Positions 1 to 9,228 of a DNA stretch of 64,000 bases are shown piece by piece. The notes under the pieces were generated by a model. It did no database searches. It was not told where the DNA came from and saw only the letters and a list, made by a program, of their open reading frames with translations. The stretch is from Acaryochloridaceae cyanobacterium VAR_48_metabat_390 (GTDB lineage: Bacteria; Cyanobacteriota; Cyanobacteriia; Thermosynechococcales; Thermosynechococcaceae): contig JANPLU010000020.1 of NCBI GenBank assembly GCA_031422435.1, forward strand, positions 1 to 64,000. The letters run 5' to 3'. How positions within the stretch are numbered: position 1 is the first letter of the stretch; each line of letters opens with the position of its first letter. The position numbers were made by a program, and so were the translations under genes.

Positions 1-140
1 GGGAGCACAATGGGCAACCAAGAATGTCCCTCAGGTTCTCAGACATCGGTGTGCTTACCTTAATGGTTATTTCTCGATATCGCTTCAATTAAAAAATGTT
101 GCCTAAGTATTTCTACTCATCGCAAAAGTGAGATGCTCCC
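1..140 (+). mobile_element. 3' end of an ISKra4-family element (transposase C-terminus plus right terminal repeat), cut by the window edge
   Basis: Frame from nt 2 reads GAQWATKNVPQVLRHRCAYLNGYFS...* (stop at 106), the typical cyanobacterial ISKra4 C-terminus; followed by CAAAAGTGAGATGCTCCC ending at 140. Confidence 0.75.
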
Positions 141-242
141 ATTGAAATTGGAGCTTAGATTAAGTAAAAAGTACGGTCGTAAAAAAGTATCTTGAAAAGT
201 GAAACCTTCTGAGAGGGGTGATATGAGCAAAGCAATCAAGGT

Positions 243-791
243 TTAAGCTGCTGCATCAGCCGTTTCTTTTGGCTTAGTAAAGCGTTGTTTGACCGTTGGA
301 CAGAAAGGACGACAGCTTCTCGGTTTTCCTGAAGGCCAACCAGGCGATTTTCCACGAGGTTTCAGGTCAGGAGCAGGTGAACCAATCCTCGCTAAAAGTA
401 GAGCAAAAGTATTCGCGATTCCACCTGGGGTAAGTTTGTTCACGGTTTTTTGCTAAGGTAAGGCAAAGGTGAATCGATCACAACATCACGGGTAAGCTGG
501 AACTGCCAAGTTATCAACGGCATCAGGTCAGACTAAGTTTCCATCTGTTTAGGAGTAACCAGTTGAGAAACGGTCCAATGGAGACGTTGACGAATAAAGC
601 GATACCAATGCTCAGTTGCAAATCGGCGCAGGTACTGTTTCCAGGCTTGACTTAAGCGATAGTTCCACAAAGGACGCAACACTCCGAGTTGTTAACACTG
701 CATCCATTAAGTCGAACAGGGCATCTCTTCCGTTTCCTAATAATAGGTAGGTGCGATGGCGAAAGTTCCCAAGATTCTGTAAACTGGTCAT
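243..791 (-). pseudogene. Internally deleted cyanobacterial DDE transposase remnant (NF041680-like)
   Basis: N-terminus MTSLQNLGNFRHRTYLLLGNGRDALFDLMDAVLTTRSVASFVELSL joins directly to C-terminal segments (YLRRFATEHWYRFIRQRLHW; RIGSPAPDLKPRGKSPGWP) that contain in-frame stops. Confidence 0.75.
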
Positions 792-1194
792 TGTGGAGAC
801 TAGTAGGTTTACAAACTTTTAGCTTCCATCATTAAGTGGTCAATCTTCCATAGCTGACTGCTTTTCCTTACTATTTACTAAAATCCAAATATTATATTCT
901 TTAATTAACTTACTTAGCTCAAGCTAAGCAGGAAGTATCTCAAAGCTAAAAATTTAATACCTTAAAGAGTTTCAGAGTATATAATTTAAAAATTTCAAAA
1001 AATATTCCTAGAGCTTTAGGCTGGACTCAGTTAAACGTGATAGACCAAGATGATAGACTGGATAAAGCACCTTTCTCAATCGACTTATAAATTAGTTTAA
1101 ATTTTGTTGCAATTATATCCTTCAATCTTTAGTGACCTGATAACAAAGATAATACGGAAACAAAAATCTTGGATAAAGACTCTCTAGGTGCACA

Positions 1195-2115
1195 ATGCTT
1201 CCTGTAACTTCAATTAAATGGCGCAACTCATTCTTTTATATAAACCTTTTACCACTTCTTGCCACGGTTGTGTTGGTTGGTGCTGCACTATTGTCTCAGG
1301 CTAAGGCGAGCAGAGCTTCTGAGACTATTAACAATAAGCTATCTATTGGAAGCCGTCCACACCCTAATGTGGCACAGGTGCCTCTAAAGAAAGAGAGTCC
1401 TGCTGCCCCTGCCCCCCCAGAAGTGCCCCCCGCCGCTGCAGAAGAAGTGCCTGATAAACCCAGCGCTGGCGCATTGCCCGGGCCGACGGCTAGCGAAAAG
1501 GAAGTTGTAACTATTCCTCAATCTTCAGCTATTATCGTTTCATTTCCAGCGGAAATAACTCTAGATCCAAAGCGGAAGCATAATATTCCCATCACGCTTC
1601 CGCTTTTACAGCCAATCGTAGACACGGATGGACAAGTTGTAGCACCTGCTAAATCTCTGGTGTTGGCTCGGCTTAAATCCATAAAGGGTGGAGATTTGAT
1701 TGAGGTAACTGCGGTTGTGGTGGGTGGGCGTGTAATTCCCCTTCATTCAGAGGGAATTTTAGTCCCAGCTCAACATAGGTCAGAGGATGTTAGTGCCTTC
1801 TATACTAACGCTAACCCTAGCCGTCTTAATAATATAATTGGGAGTGCACAAACTTGGCAGTTCACACAATCTTTCGGGGGAGACAGTAATAATTCTAGTA
1901 TTAGTAAGTTTGACTTACTAGGTTTAGGTTTGGCAATCGGATTTGGTGCTACTCAGCCGGTCAGTAGGCTGCCGCCCGCTTTTGTTAATATTGCGCAAGG
2001 TTCTGTCTATATTTTGACATTAGCCACCCCAATTATTATTCCTAAGAGATTAGTGGAAACAGGAATTCAGATTCGCGAAAGTCTTGGCGAAGAGGGTACA
2101 ATTTCTCCCAGATAG
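1195..2115 (+). CDS. Secreted or membrane-anchored hypothetical protein with Pro/Ala linker and beta-rich C-terminal domain (TrbI-like annotated cyanobacterial family, tentative)
   Basis: 306-aa ORF, N-terminal hydrophobic segment, PAAPAPPEVPP linker, IPQSSAIIV...ITLPLLQPIVDTDGQVVAPAKS motif. Confidence 0.6.
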   Translation: MLPVTSIKWRNSFFYINLLPLLATVVLVGAALLSQAKASRASETINNKLSIGSRPHPNVAQVPLKKESPAAPAPPEVPPAAAEEVPDKPSAGALPGPTASEKEVVTIPQSSAIIVSFPAEITLDPKRKHNIPITLPLLQPIVDTDGQVVAPAKSLVLARLKSIKGGDLIEVTAVVVGGRVIPLHSEGILVPAQHRSEDVSAFYTNANPSRLNNIIGSAQTWQFTQSFGGDSNNSSISKFDLLGLGLAIGFGATQPVSRLPPAFVNIAQGSVYILTLATPIIIPKRLVETGIQIRESLGEEGTISPR

Positions 2116-2513
2116 ATTGGAATTTTGCGCTTGCCAGCATAGTAACTGACGCAGTTGTTAAGCTTAGCAACTACTTTTGAGCTAGATCTGGCGGGTGCGT
2201 AGGTGCCGTTTGTCTGAGTCGACCAATCTGTGAAAGTATTATCCTCGCCTAATCTCGGCTGTAAAAAATTTAGGATGCTTCTTAATGGGTCCGTCGAGAT
2301 AGGCACGATATCTTGCAATATCTTCGACACGTACTGAATACTCAAGATTCCGTGGCATTGACAGACGAAATGTTTTGTTCCCTGATATGCTTCGGGCTTT
2401 GCGCTTTTATCCAGGACTGTTCTTTAAACTTACCTGCAACGCTATCTTACCAAACATAAACTAACTCAGAACCAGCAACCTTTGACCCTCACCCCCAACC
2501 CCTCTGCCCTTTA

Positions 2514-3299
2514 CTACTTTAGAGACGTATTATTGCGATTGACGACTACTCCTAATAAGTTCTCTAGGCTTTCGATTTGAACCTTGCCCATCAACATTTC
2601 TCCATTCATGATCAAGAAGGGCGTTCCTGAAACTCCGATCTCTTCTGCTAAAGCAATATCTTTCCTAATAGCAGCCTCCGCTGATGTTCCTTGTCGATCT
2701 TGGTTGAACTGATCAAGACTCAGGCTCAACTCTTGGGCGATCGCCACATACAACTTCTCTCCTAGTTGCTCCTGTTTTGCAAATAGTGCATCGTGGTACT
2801 CCCAGAATTTTCCTTGTTGACCTGCTGCCCAGGCTGCTTTAGCTGCAGGCATTGCTTCAGAATGAACTGCGGTGAGCGGTAAGTGCTTATAAACTAATGC
2901 AACATCTTTCTGATGATTTTCCATAAACTTTTTTATGGGTTCTAGGGCTGTTGCACAGTATGGACATTGAAAGTCAGAAAATTCTACAAGTACAATTTTG
3001 CTGCGCACAGAGCCTCTAACAGGCGAATGCCCAATCACGGCTTGGGCATTCGCCCTCATTTTCTGTAAAAATTCCTGTCTTGCCTTCTGCTGTTGTTCTG
3101 ATTTCTGACGTTGGTAAGTTTGAATAGATTCGATGACCGCTTCAGGGTTCTTTCGAATAATTTGTAAAACCTGTTGCTCTAAGTCTGGTGTTTCCGCTTG
3201 ACTGGGCACAGCCCAACTTAGCACAATGGTACCTATCACTTCAAAGATTAGAAAAGAAAGGAAAAATGGACGGCATAACTTCAATAAGATACATCCCAC
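2514..3299 (-). CDS. DsbA family thiol-disulfide oxidoreductase
   Basis: Signal peptide, EFSDFQCPYC active site, YKHLPL, GVSGTP cis-Pro motif. Confidence 0.92.
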   Translation of the reverse strand: MGCILLKLCRPFFLSFLIFEVIGTIVLSWAVPSQAETPDLEQQVLQIIRKNPEAVIESIQTYQRQKSEQQQKARQEFLQKMRANAQAVIGHSPVRGSVRSKIVLVEFSDFQCPYCATALEPIKKFMENHQKDVALVYKHLPLTAVHSEAMPAAKAAWAAGQQGKFWEYHDALFAKQEQLGEKLYVAIAQELSLSLDQFNQDRQGTSAEAAIRKDIALAEEIGVSGTPFLIMNGEMLMGKVQIESLENLLGVVVNRNNTSLK

Positions 3300-3520
3300 G
3301 TGCTTAGATAAACCTACTATTACAAAAAAATAATTTACGCTGACAACCTCAACATATCATTCAGAAAAATCATTGAATGGCATCGAGAGAATTTCTATAG
3401 AGACTCAACCTGATTCTGAAATAGAGATTGAGCACTTCTACTTTAAGTAAAAAGAAAGATATTTTATTGAGAAATTCTTTGTCTCTAGAGATTCAGCTCA
3501 TCTATATAACCTTACTTAGA

Positions 3521-3641
3521 AATAGCCCAGACAGTTTCTGCAAGTCAGCGTCAGAATAAAGTTTCAAGCCTATTCTGGCATGGAACAGCTAACAAGGAAT
3601 CAAGGATTTCAGCCTCTCTTCAGAAAACTGTCCGGGCTATT
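3521..3641. mobile_element. MITE-like element
   Basis: Terminal inverted repeats AATAGCCCAGACAGTTTCTG / CAGAAAACTGTCCGGGCTATT; ACTTAG direct repeat on both flanks (3514-3519, 3643-3648). Confidence 0.65.
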
Positions 3642-3673
3642 GACTTAGATTAATGCCTTACATAGTTGGCGAA

Positions 3674-4015
3674 CTATTTGGTGCAGAGGAAGGGAGTTCT
3701 ATCATTTGCACTGGTACTAATGGAGCCACTACATCCACTACCGTATTCGGAAGCTGCGGATGGAGTGGGTATGACGCCAGCAAATATAGGCCAGTTACCC
3801 CCACAAGTAAAACATAGTGCAGCCGCATTAAGTTTTACTTCGCCGGTACCTACCCCTATCGATGGGGCTACGCCAGGGGCAGGTTTTACACGACTCGTTG
3901 ATGCAGGTGTGTTGGTAATACCCTGACGAGGAATGGTCTTTGTTTGAGCTGTTGCCACTGCCGCGGAGAAAAGGACTGGGGCTAAAGAAAACAGAGCAAT
4001 ATGTTTGATATTCAT
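3674..4015 (-). CDS. Small secreted four-cysteine protein (113 aa)
   Basis: Likely start MNIKHIALFSLAPVLFSAAVATA (signal peptide); C-terminal CFTCGGNWPIFAG...GSGCSG...PFLCTK. Confidence 0.75.
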   Translation of the reverse strand: MNIKHIALFSLAPVLFSAAVATAQTKTIPRQGITNTPASTSRVKPAPGVAPSIGVGTGEVKLNAAALCFTCGGNWPIFAGVIPTPSAASEYGSGCSGSISTSANDRTPFLCTK

Positions 4016-4234
4016 CTTAAAAATCCTCAGATTAATATGTACACATTTTGACATCAAAGGTTTAGGAAACCTTTGATGAAATGGGGACTCACACAGCTTT
4101 TCAAAAAGGAATTCAATAAAATAACCGTGAAATAAAGATTGCTTCGACACTAGAGTAATAAGGTCGAAACAAATATTTCTTGGCTATGCCGAAAACAAAT
4201 ATATCAAAAACTAAATAGGTTAACTTGTTTTAGA

Positions 4235-4368
4235 TTAGGGATGCAGCGTAAAGCGGGACATTTTAGAACATCCTGCTTCTAGCTAAATTACCGGAGTGTA
4301 AGCATCAGAGACTGAAAGGCTCAAACCCAGGCTATATAAGCTGTCCCGCTTTAAGTTGATACCCTTAA
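4235..4368. mobile_element. MITE-like element
   Basis: Imperfect terminal inverted repeats with perfect core TAAAGCGGGACA / TGTCCCGCTTTA. Confidence 0.55.
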
Positions 4369-4622
4369 ATTACATAGGTCAACTACTTAGCTTTGTTAAC
4401 TTGCAATCAACTTCCTAACAAAAAGATATGTCATATATGGAAAGTTTTGTTTGTACGTATGCAATTCTTTACAAAGTTTGCAAGAGGCAATATTTAAGGA
4501 CGTACAGGATTAGATAGGATGCAGTTATGTTCTAGATCCGTTTGATTTTAATCAAACCTCACAACCAAACCCAGAGCGATTAATGAATAATTCAGTCATA
4601 AAATCATGCATCGCAATAGATT

Positions 4623-4723
4623 AGGGCTTACGCAAAGCCTAGCGTAGTAGTGTATTTCGGGATAGTCCAAACGCTATATGTAGCGCATGAGTGAAGTCTT
4701 AAACCTCTTTTTGCGTAAGTCCC
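4623..4723. mobile_element. MITE-like element (GGACTTACGCA-type cyanobacterial repeat)
   Basis: Inverted repeats GGGCTTACGCAAA / TTTGCGTAAGTCC flanked by direct repeat ATAGATT (4616-4622, 4724-4730). Confidence 0.7.
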
Positions 4724-4741
4724 ATAGATTTGGAAACCATT

Positions 4742-4846
4742 TATAGCGGCTCCGTCCCTGGTGTAGTACAGATTCAAATCTGAAAGTCTCTCAATATAAA
4801 GCTTTCAGGATTTCTCTCGTACTTTACGAGTTCAGTAACCGCTATA
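4742..4846. mobile_element. MITE-like element (TATAGCGG...CCGCTATA type)
   Basis: Terminal inverted repeats TATAGCGG / CCGCTATA about 105 bp apart. Confidence 0.5.
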
Positions 4847-4932
4847 GTTTCTTGGGCCAATCGCTTAATCCGTGTACGGAAAGCTAAAAGTTTGTGCTTA
4901 ATTCTTTGGGTGTTGCGCTTGCCCACTTTATG

Positions 4933-5065
4933 GAGAGCATCTCACTTTGGCAAAAGCATTGACTCAAGAGGAGTTGAGAAAACCCCTGATGTAAAGATAC
5001 CTGAGCGCCAGCATCCGATTGATATTTCCAGGCTTCCATTATGCGCCCGTCAACCGTAGCCTTGG
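4933..5065 (-). mobile_element. Degenerate ISKra4 3' end remnant
   Basis: GAGAGCATCTCACTTTGGCA matches the reverse complement of 121-140 at 17/20; minus strand reads RLTGA*WKPGNINRMLALRYLYIRG, similar to the ISKra4 C-terminus. Confidence 0.6.
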
Positions 5066-5165
5066 GTCAACAATCAGCTCAAGAATATCTATCAGGTTGA
5101 CCATTGATGCTATCGCAGTCGCTTCAACTTTCTGCTAAATCTGTCGAATTGTCTTGGCTTGAACC

Positions 5166-5199
5166 AGCTGCCGATAGACTTATAAGTCTATCGGCAGCT
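5166..5199. repeat. Perfect 34-bp palindrome with no loop
   Basis: AGCTGCCGATAGACTTATAAGTCTATCGGCAGCT equals its own reverse complement. Confidence 0.95.
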
Positions 5200-5480
5200 C
5201 ATGATAGTGATCTTTTTTGGAGCGCACTCCACCAGGAACCTTCTAAATTAAGAATTTAGGCATATATTTATTTAAGAGCTTAATACAATAATTTATATTA
5301 TTAAGTTATTTTAACTTACCTAATACCTAGTAAAGTGCTTGAAACGTTTTTTAACAAGGCTTTTACCCTATTTTAATTGCTTTGGTATAAAAGCATACAA
5401 AGCTTTCAGAAATTTAATTGCCTATCGTGAGTTTTTAATCTTATATTAGTTATAAATTGAATTTGACTTCATTAAAAACT

Positions 5481-6737
5481 ATGAAAAGAGATTATTTGCC
5501 ATTAGTGATATTGGCTAGTTTTGCTGGACTTTCACTTTTCTCCTTTTCGGCTCTTGCTCAAACGGCTAATACTCCAGGTGCAGGAACAACTTCTGGAGGG
5601 CCAACTGCCCCGCGTGCAAGCGCTGGTGTAGGGACAATTTCGGGTAATCAAAGCCGAATGGGGAAGGTTTCTGAACGCGAGGTGCAGAGGCTACTTAGCA
5701 CCCAATCCTCCACTACGGGTCAAGCTGGCGGTCGGGTTGCGCCAACCACTAAGGGTAGTTCCTCAAAGATTGAAACCCCTACCGGTGCAGGTACACGCAC
5801 CTACGGCACCGCAGCTCTGCACTTCACCCATGCCAGGGTGGCAAACCTCACTACAGGAGCATCTAATCAGCCTGTAAGCGGCTACCCCTATGTTGCCAGT
5901 GGTCGACTTTGGATGGGATTTCAGACAAGGGAAACATACGATTTTTCCTGCTCCGCTTCCTTGATTGGGCCGGGGGTTATTGTTACTGCCGCGCACTGCA
6001 TTGCAAGTTTTGGGGGGGGGGCTGCGAGTCTTGCCAAACACGTTCGATTTATTCCAGCCAACTTCGGTAACACCCTCACAAGCGGTCCCTACGGATCTTG
6101 GTACTGGTCTGGATCTCGATTGGCGACAGCCTACCTTAATGGTACCGATCCAGATACCGGAACGGGTGTTGTCACCAACAACGATGTTGCAGTGATTGAG
6201 CTACAAAAGCGGAATAGCCTTGGTGCGCTGGTCTACCCGTATGCATATGCTCCCGTTTTTACCTATGGATATGGATGGAACTACAACGCATCTAGCGTTA
6301 CTCCCAATGGTCGACAAGAGATGACTTCATTGGGCTACCCTGGTAATTACGATTCTGGACAGCAGATGCAACGTTTTGACAGCTTGGCAACCCCCACCGG
6401 CTCTGGTGCCGATGGTAACCCTTACCAATGGATTAGGGGCGGCAACATGTCTCCAGGATCAAGTGGTGGACCCTGGTTAGTGAATTTTGGCACTGTTCCA
6501 GTCCAATCCGGAGGAACTTTGGGGACGGGAGGCAGAAACTGGGTTGTAGGTGTCACAAGCTGGTGGACGGGAGACGATGTTAAAAGGAATGGAGCCTCTC
6601 GTTTCGGTCAAAATGCTCAATTCCCAAATGCCAGTTATGTATTTAACGGCATCAATTATGGGGCAGGGAACATCGGTGCCTTGATGCAGGCTATCTGTGG
6701 TGTAGATGGTGGCCGAGTCAGGGGAGCTTGTTTTTAA
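5481..6737 (+). CDS. Secreted trypsin-like (S1, V8-like) serine protease with low-complexity pro-region
   Basis: Signal peptide from MKRDYL; catalytic triad motifs TAAHC, NNDVAVI, PGSSGGP; CSASLIG/AAHC disulfide pair. Confidence 0.9.
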   Translation: MKRDYLPLVILASFAGLSLFSFSALAQTANTPGAGTTSGGPTAPRASAGVGTISGNQSRMGKVSEREVQRLLSTQSSTTGQAGGRVAPTTKGSSSKIETPTGAGTRTYGTAALHFTHARVANLTTGASNQPVSGYPYVASGRLWMGFQTRETYDFSCSASLIGPGVIVTAAHCIASFGGGAASLAKHVRFIPANFGNTLTSGPYGSWYWSGSRLATAYLNGTDPDTGTGVVTNNDVAVIELQKRNSLGALVYPYAYAPVFTYGYGWNYNASSVTPNGRQEMTSLGYPGNYDSGQQMQRFDSLATPTGSGADGNPYQWIRGGNMSPGSSGGPWLVNFGTVPVQSGGTLGTGGRNWVVGVTSWWTGDDVKRNGASRFGQNAQFPNASYVFNGINYGAGNIGALMQAICGVDGGRVRGACF

Positions 6738-6790
6738 GCTTAGTTTGAAGTTTACAACTCCTCAGCGTTCCTTGTTCCTTGATTGACTTT

Positions 6791-6825
6791 AAAGCTCTCT
6801 TGCTTTCCGGTAAGAGAGCTTTTTT
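6791..6825. terminator. Intrinsic terminator between convergent genes
   Basis: AAAGCTCTCTT-loop-AAGAGAGCTTTTTT hairpin. Confidence 0.75.
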
Positions 6826-6889
6826 AGTAGATTTGCCCTAATACTGGGATTAAGTAGCACAATAGTCGTAAAAATTGTTGCCTGAATCC

Positions 6890-7645
6890 TTATTGCGTCG
6901 TGTTCTGTTCAGGTTCGACGCATTGTTCAGGTTGATGCAGCACTTGGTAATGTAGAAATAGCTCACCCTCAATTTGCTTAACGCTGATGAGTGATAAATG
7001 AGGTGCCTGCTCTTGAAGAAAACCAGCTCCCGCCACAGGGGTAGGCGCATCTTTCCCGCCGAGTAAAAAGGGACACACTGTCAAATGCAGTTCATCAATC
7101 AAGTCAGCCTCTAGCAGCGCAGCCACTATTTCACCTCCGCCTAAAACCGCAACACTCTCAATTCCACTCTGGTAAAGTTCAGCAAGAGCATGGTGCCAGT
7201 TAATTTGATGCGCCTGCGCCGAAAGCACCCGATCAAACCCAGCCTGATCTTGCCAGCGCTCAGCGCCTTCTGTAGTCGTTAGTAAATAGCGAGGGATCGG
7301 CTGCTGGAAAAATTTTAGCGTTGGGTCAATATCTCCCGTCCGGGTACACACAATTTGAATGGGCTGCTCTGGTTTGCCGCTTTTGACCCTTTTTGCGATT
7401 CGTTCTGGAGTGATGACTCGCATGGCGGTTCCCCCTGCCTTCAGCGTGGTAGACCCAAACAACACCGCATCAGCTAACGCTACCTGCTGCTCTAGATGGT
7501 CGAAGTCATGTTTTGAACCAAAGGTAGGGTGCGATCGCCCCACATCCGCAATTTTGCCATCCGCACTCATTGCCAATACCACTGTGGTTAGAGGGCGTTG
7601 ATGTACAGAAGCAAAATCTTTGACCTCAGAACTTTGCATTTCCAC
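6890..7645 (-). CDS. RibD C-terminal domain (reductase-like) protein
   Basis: LAMSADGKIA, VLGGGEI, DELHLTVCPFLLGG motifs. Confidence 0.88.
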   Translation of the reverse strand: MEMQSSEVKDFASVHQRPLTTVVLAMSADGKIADVGRSHPTFGSKHDFDHLEQQVALADAVLFGSTTLKAGGTAMRVITPERIAKRVKSGKPEQPIQIVCTRTGDIDPTLKFFQQPIPRYLLTTTEGAERWQDQAGFDRVLSAQAHQINWHHALAELYQSGIESVAVLGGGEIVAALLEADLIDELHLTVCPFLLGGKDAPTPVAGAGFLQEQAPHLSLISVKQIEGELFLHYQVLHQPEQCVEPEQNTTQ

Positions 7646-7786
7646 AATAAAAGTTAGCCCTTTTGAAACCGTTCCATTCGCTATCGTCCAACTCAGTAAG
7701 TGTCCCAGTTGAACGATCTATGACTGTCAATATACGCAATTATCAGAAAGAAACGCATCATCATTTGGGGAGAAAGGAGCCAGCGC

Positions 7787-9175
7787 TTGCCTAACGCGAT
7801 TCGCCAAGTCCAACCGCCGCTAGAGTTTTTGCCCCCTGCCCTCAACCTTAGAGTTTTGGCTGCCAATCGGATGGTGCTACCTCTTTGGATGCGCTACAAA
7901 CTCCACCTTACCGACATTCAGACCGATAATCTAGAGCAGTTAGTCCGGCTCTATCGACAGTTTCAGGATGGGCGGGTGCGACTGCTATTCACCTTCCGCC
8001 ATCCCACCACAGATGATCCCTTTGCAATGGCCTATCTGCTATGGTGCCTTGCCCCTAAAGCTGCGCGGCGCGCTGGAATTAAGCTTAAAAAGCCTGTTCA
8101 TAGCCACTTTATTTATGACAGAGGTATTTCTCTATGGGCAGGGACCTTTGTCAATTGGCTATTTCCACGCCTAGGGGGTACTCCCATCTTACGAGGCAAA
8201 GCTGACCGTCAGGGACTTAAGTCTGCCCGTGATTTATTGGTGAACAGCATCTTTCCCCTCTCTGTTGCCCCAGAAGGCGGCACCAACGACCATAACGAAC
8301 GCATGAATGCTTTAGAGCCAGGTGCAGCGCAATTAGGGTTTTGGTGCGCAGAAGATATCCACAAGGCTGGACGCACAGAAGAGACGCTCATTGTACCCAT
8401 CGGGATTCAGTACAGCTATGTTGAAGCACCCTGGGAAAAACTTGAGGCACTCATGGGCGACATTGAGCGATCGTGCGGCTTTACGCAGCAAAGCTACCCT
8501 GCTGGACTCATCGACGATCCGAAAGCTGACGCACTTTACGGCAGGCTTCTAGGGTTGGGAGAACATTTATTGAACCTCATGGAAGGTTTCTATAGGCGCT
8601 TTTATCAAGAAGTTTGCCCTGCTGCTGCTGTGCCTAAAGATGGACTTGAGCGCAATGAGCATGTAACAGCACGTCTCCAAATTTATTTAGAGGCCGCGCT
8701 CAAGGTGGCAGAAGAGCGCCTAGGCGTTAAGCCGCAGGGTAACTGTATGGATCGCTGTCGTCGTCTAGAGCAGGCAGGGTGGGATCGGATTTTTCGAGAA
8801 GATGTGGTGCACCTCAGTCCCATTGAGCGCGGGATGGCGGACTGGATGGCAGAAGATGCCAGTTTGGCACTATGGCATATGCGTTTAGCTGAGCGACTAA
8901 CGGTTATTACAGGCAATTACATCATTCAAAAACCCAGCGCCGACCGCTTTGCCGAAATGCTGATTATTTTGTGGCGCATTACCGCTTGGCTAGAGGGCAA
9001 AAAGCAGGGACAAACGCCTAACCTAGGGGCTAAAAGGCTGCGGTTAACAGTAGGGGAACCCCTGTCTGTGTCACAGCGATTGCCTCATTATCAAGAAAAT
9101 CGTCGCAGTGCTAGGGTTGCAGTGCAGCAGCTCACAGAAGATTTGCAAACGGCAATGGCGCAAATGATTCGGTGA
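7787..9175 (+). CDS. Phospholipid/glycerol acyltransferase (PlsC-like)
   Basis: FRHPTTDD (HX4D), APEGG, VPIGIQY motifs. Confidence 0.85.
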   Translation: MPNAIRQVQPPLEFLPPALNLRVLAANRMVLPLWMRYKLHLTDIQTDNLEQLVRLYRQFQDGRVRLLFTFRHPTTDDPFAMAYLLWCLAPKAARRAGIKLKKPVHSHFIYDRGISLWAGTFVNWLFPRLGGTPILRGKADRQGLKSARDLLVNSIFPLSVAPEGGTNDHNERMNALEPGAAQLGFWCAEDIHKAGRTEETLIVPIGIQYSYVEAPWEKLEALMGDIERSCGFTQQSYPAGLIDDPKADALYGRLLGLGEHLLNLMEGFYRRFYQEVCPAAAVPKDGLERNEHVTARLQIYLEAALKVAEERLGVKPQGNCMDRCRRLEQAGWDRIFREDVVHLSPIERGMADWMAEDASLALWHMRLAERLTVITGNYIIQKPSADRFAEMLIILWRITAWLEGKKQGQTPNLGAKRLRLTVGEPLSVSQRLPHYQENRRSARVAVQQLTEDLQTAMAQMIR

Positions 9176-9228
9176 TGTTGCGCGTCGCTATATATTCAGA
9201 GAAGACTTACGTTTGAGGTGTTGTTGTT

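Noticed and set aside
2067..2345. 92-aa minus-strand ORF
   Set aside because: TTG start, overlaps the end of the upstream gene, no recognisable motif; may be decayed DNA but cannot be assigned.
3666..3926. 86-aa plus-strand ORF
   Set aside because: Antisense shadow of the secreted four-cysteine protein gene.
4165..4203. Short direct repeat CGAAA(A)CAAATAT
   Set aside because: Only two copies in AT-rich DNA; not a CRISPR array and too weak to call a binding site.
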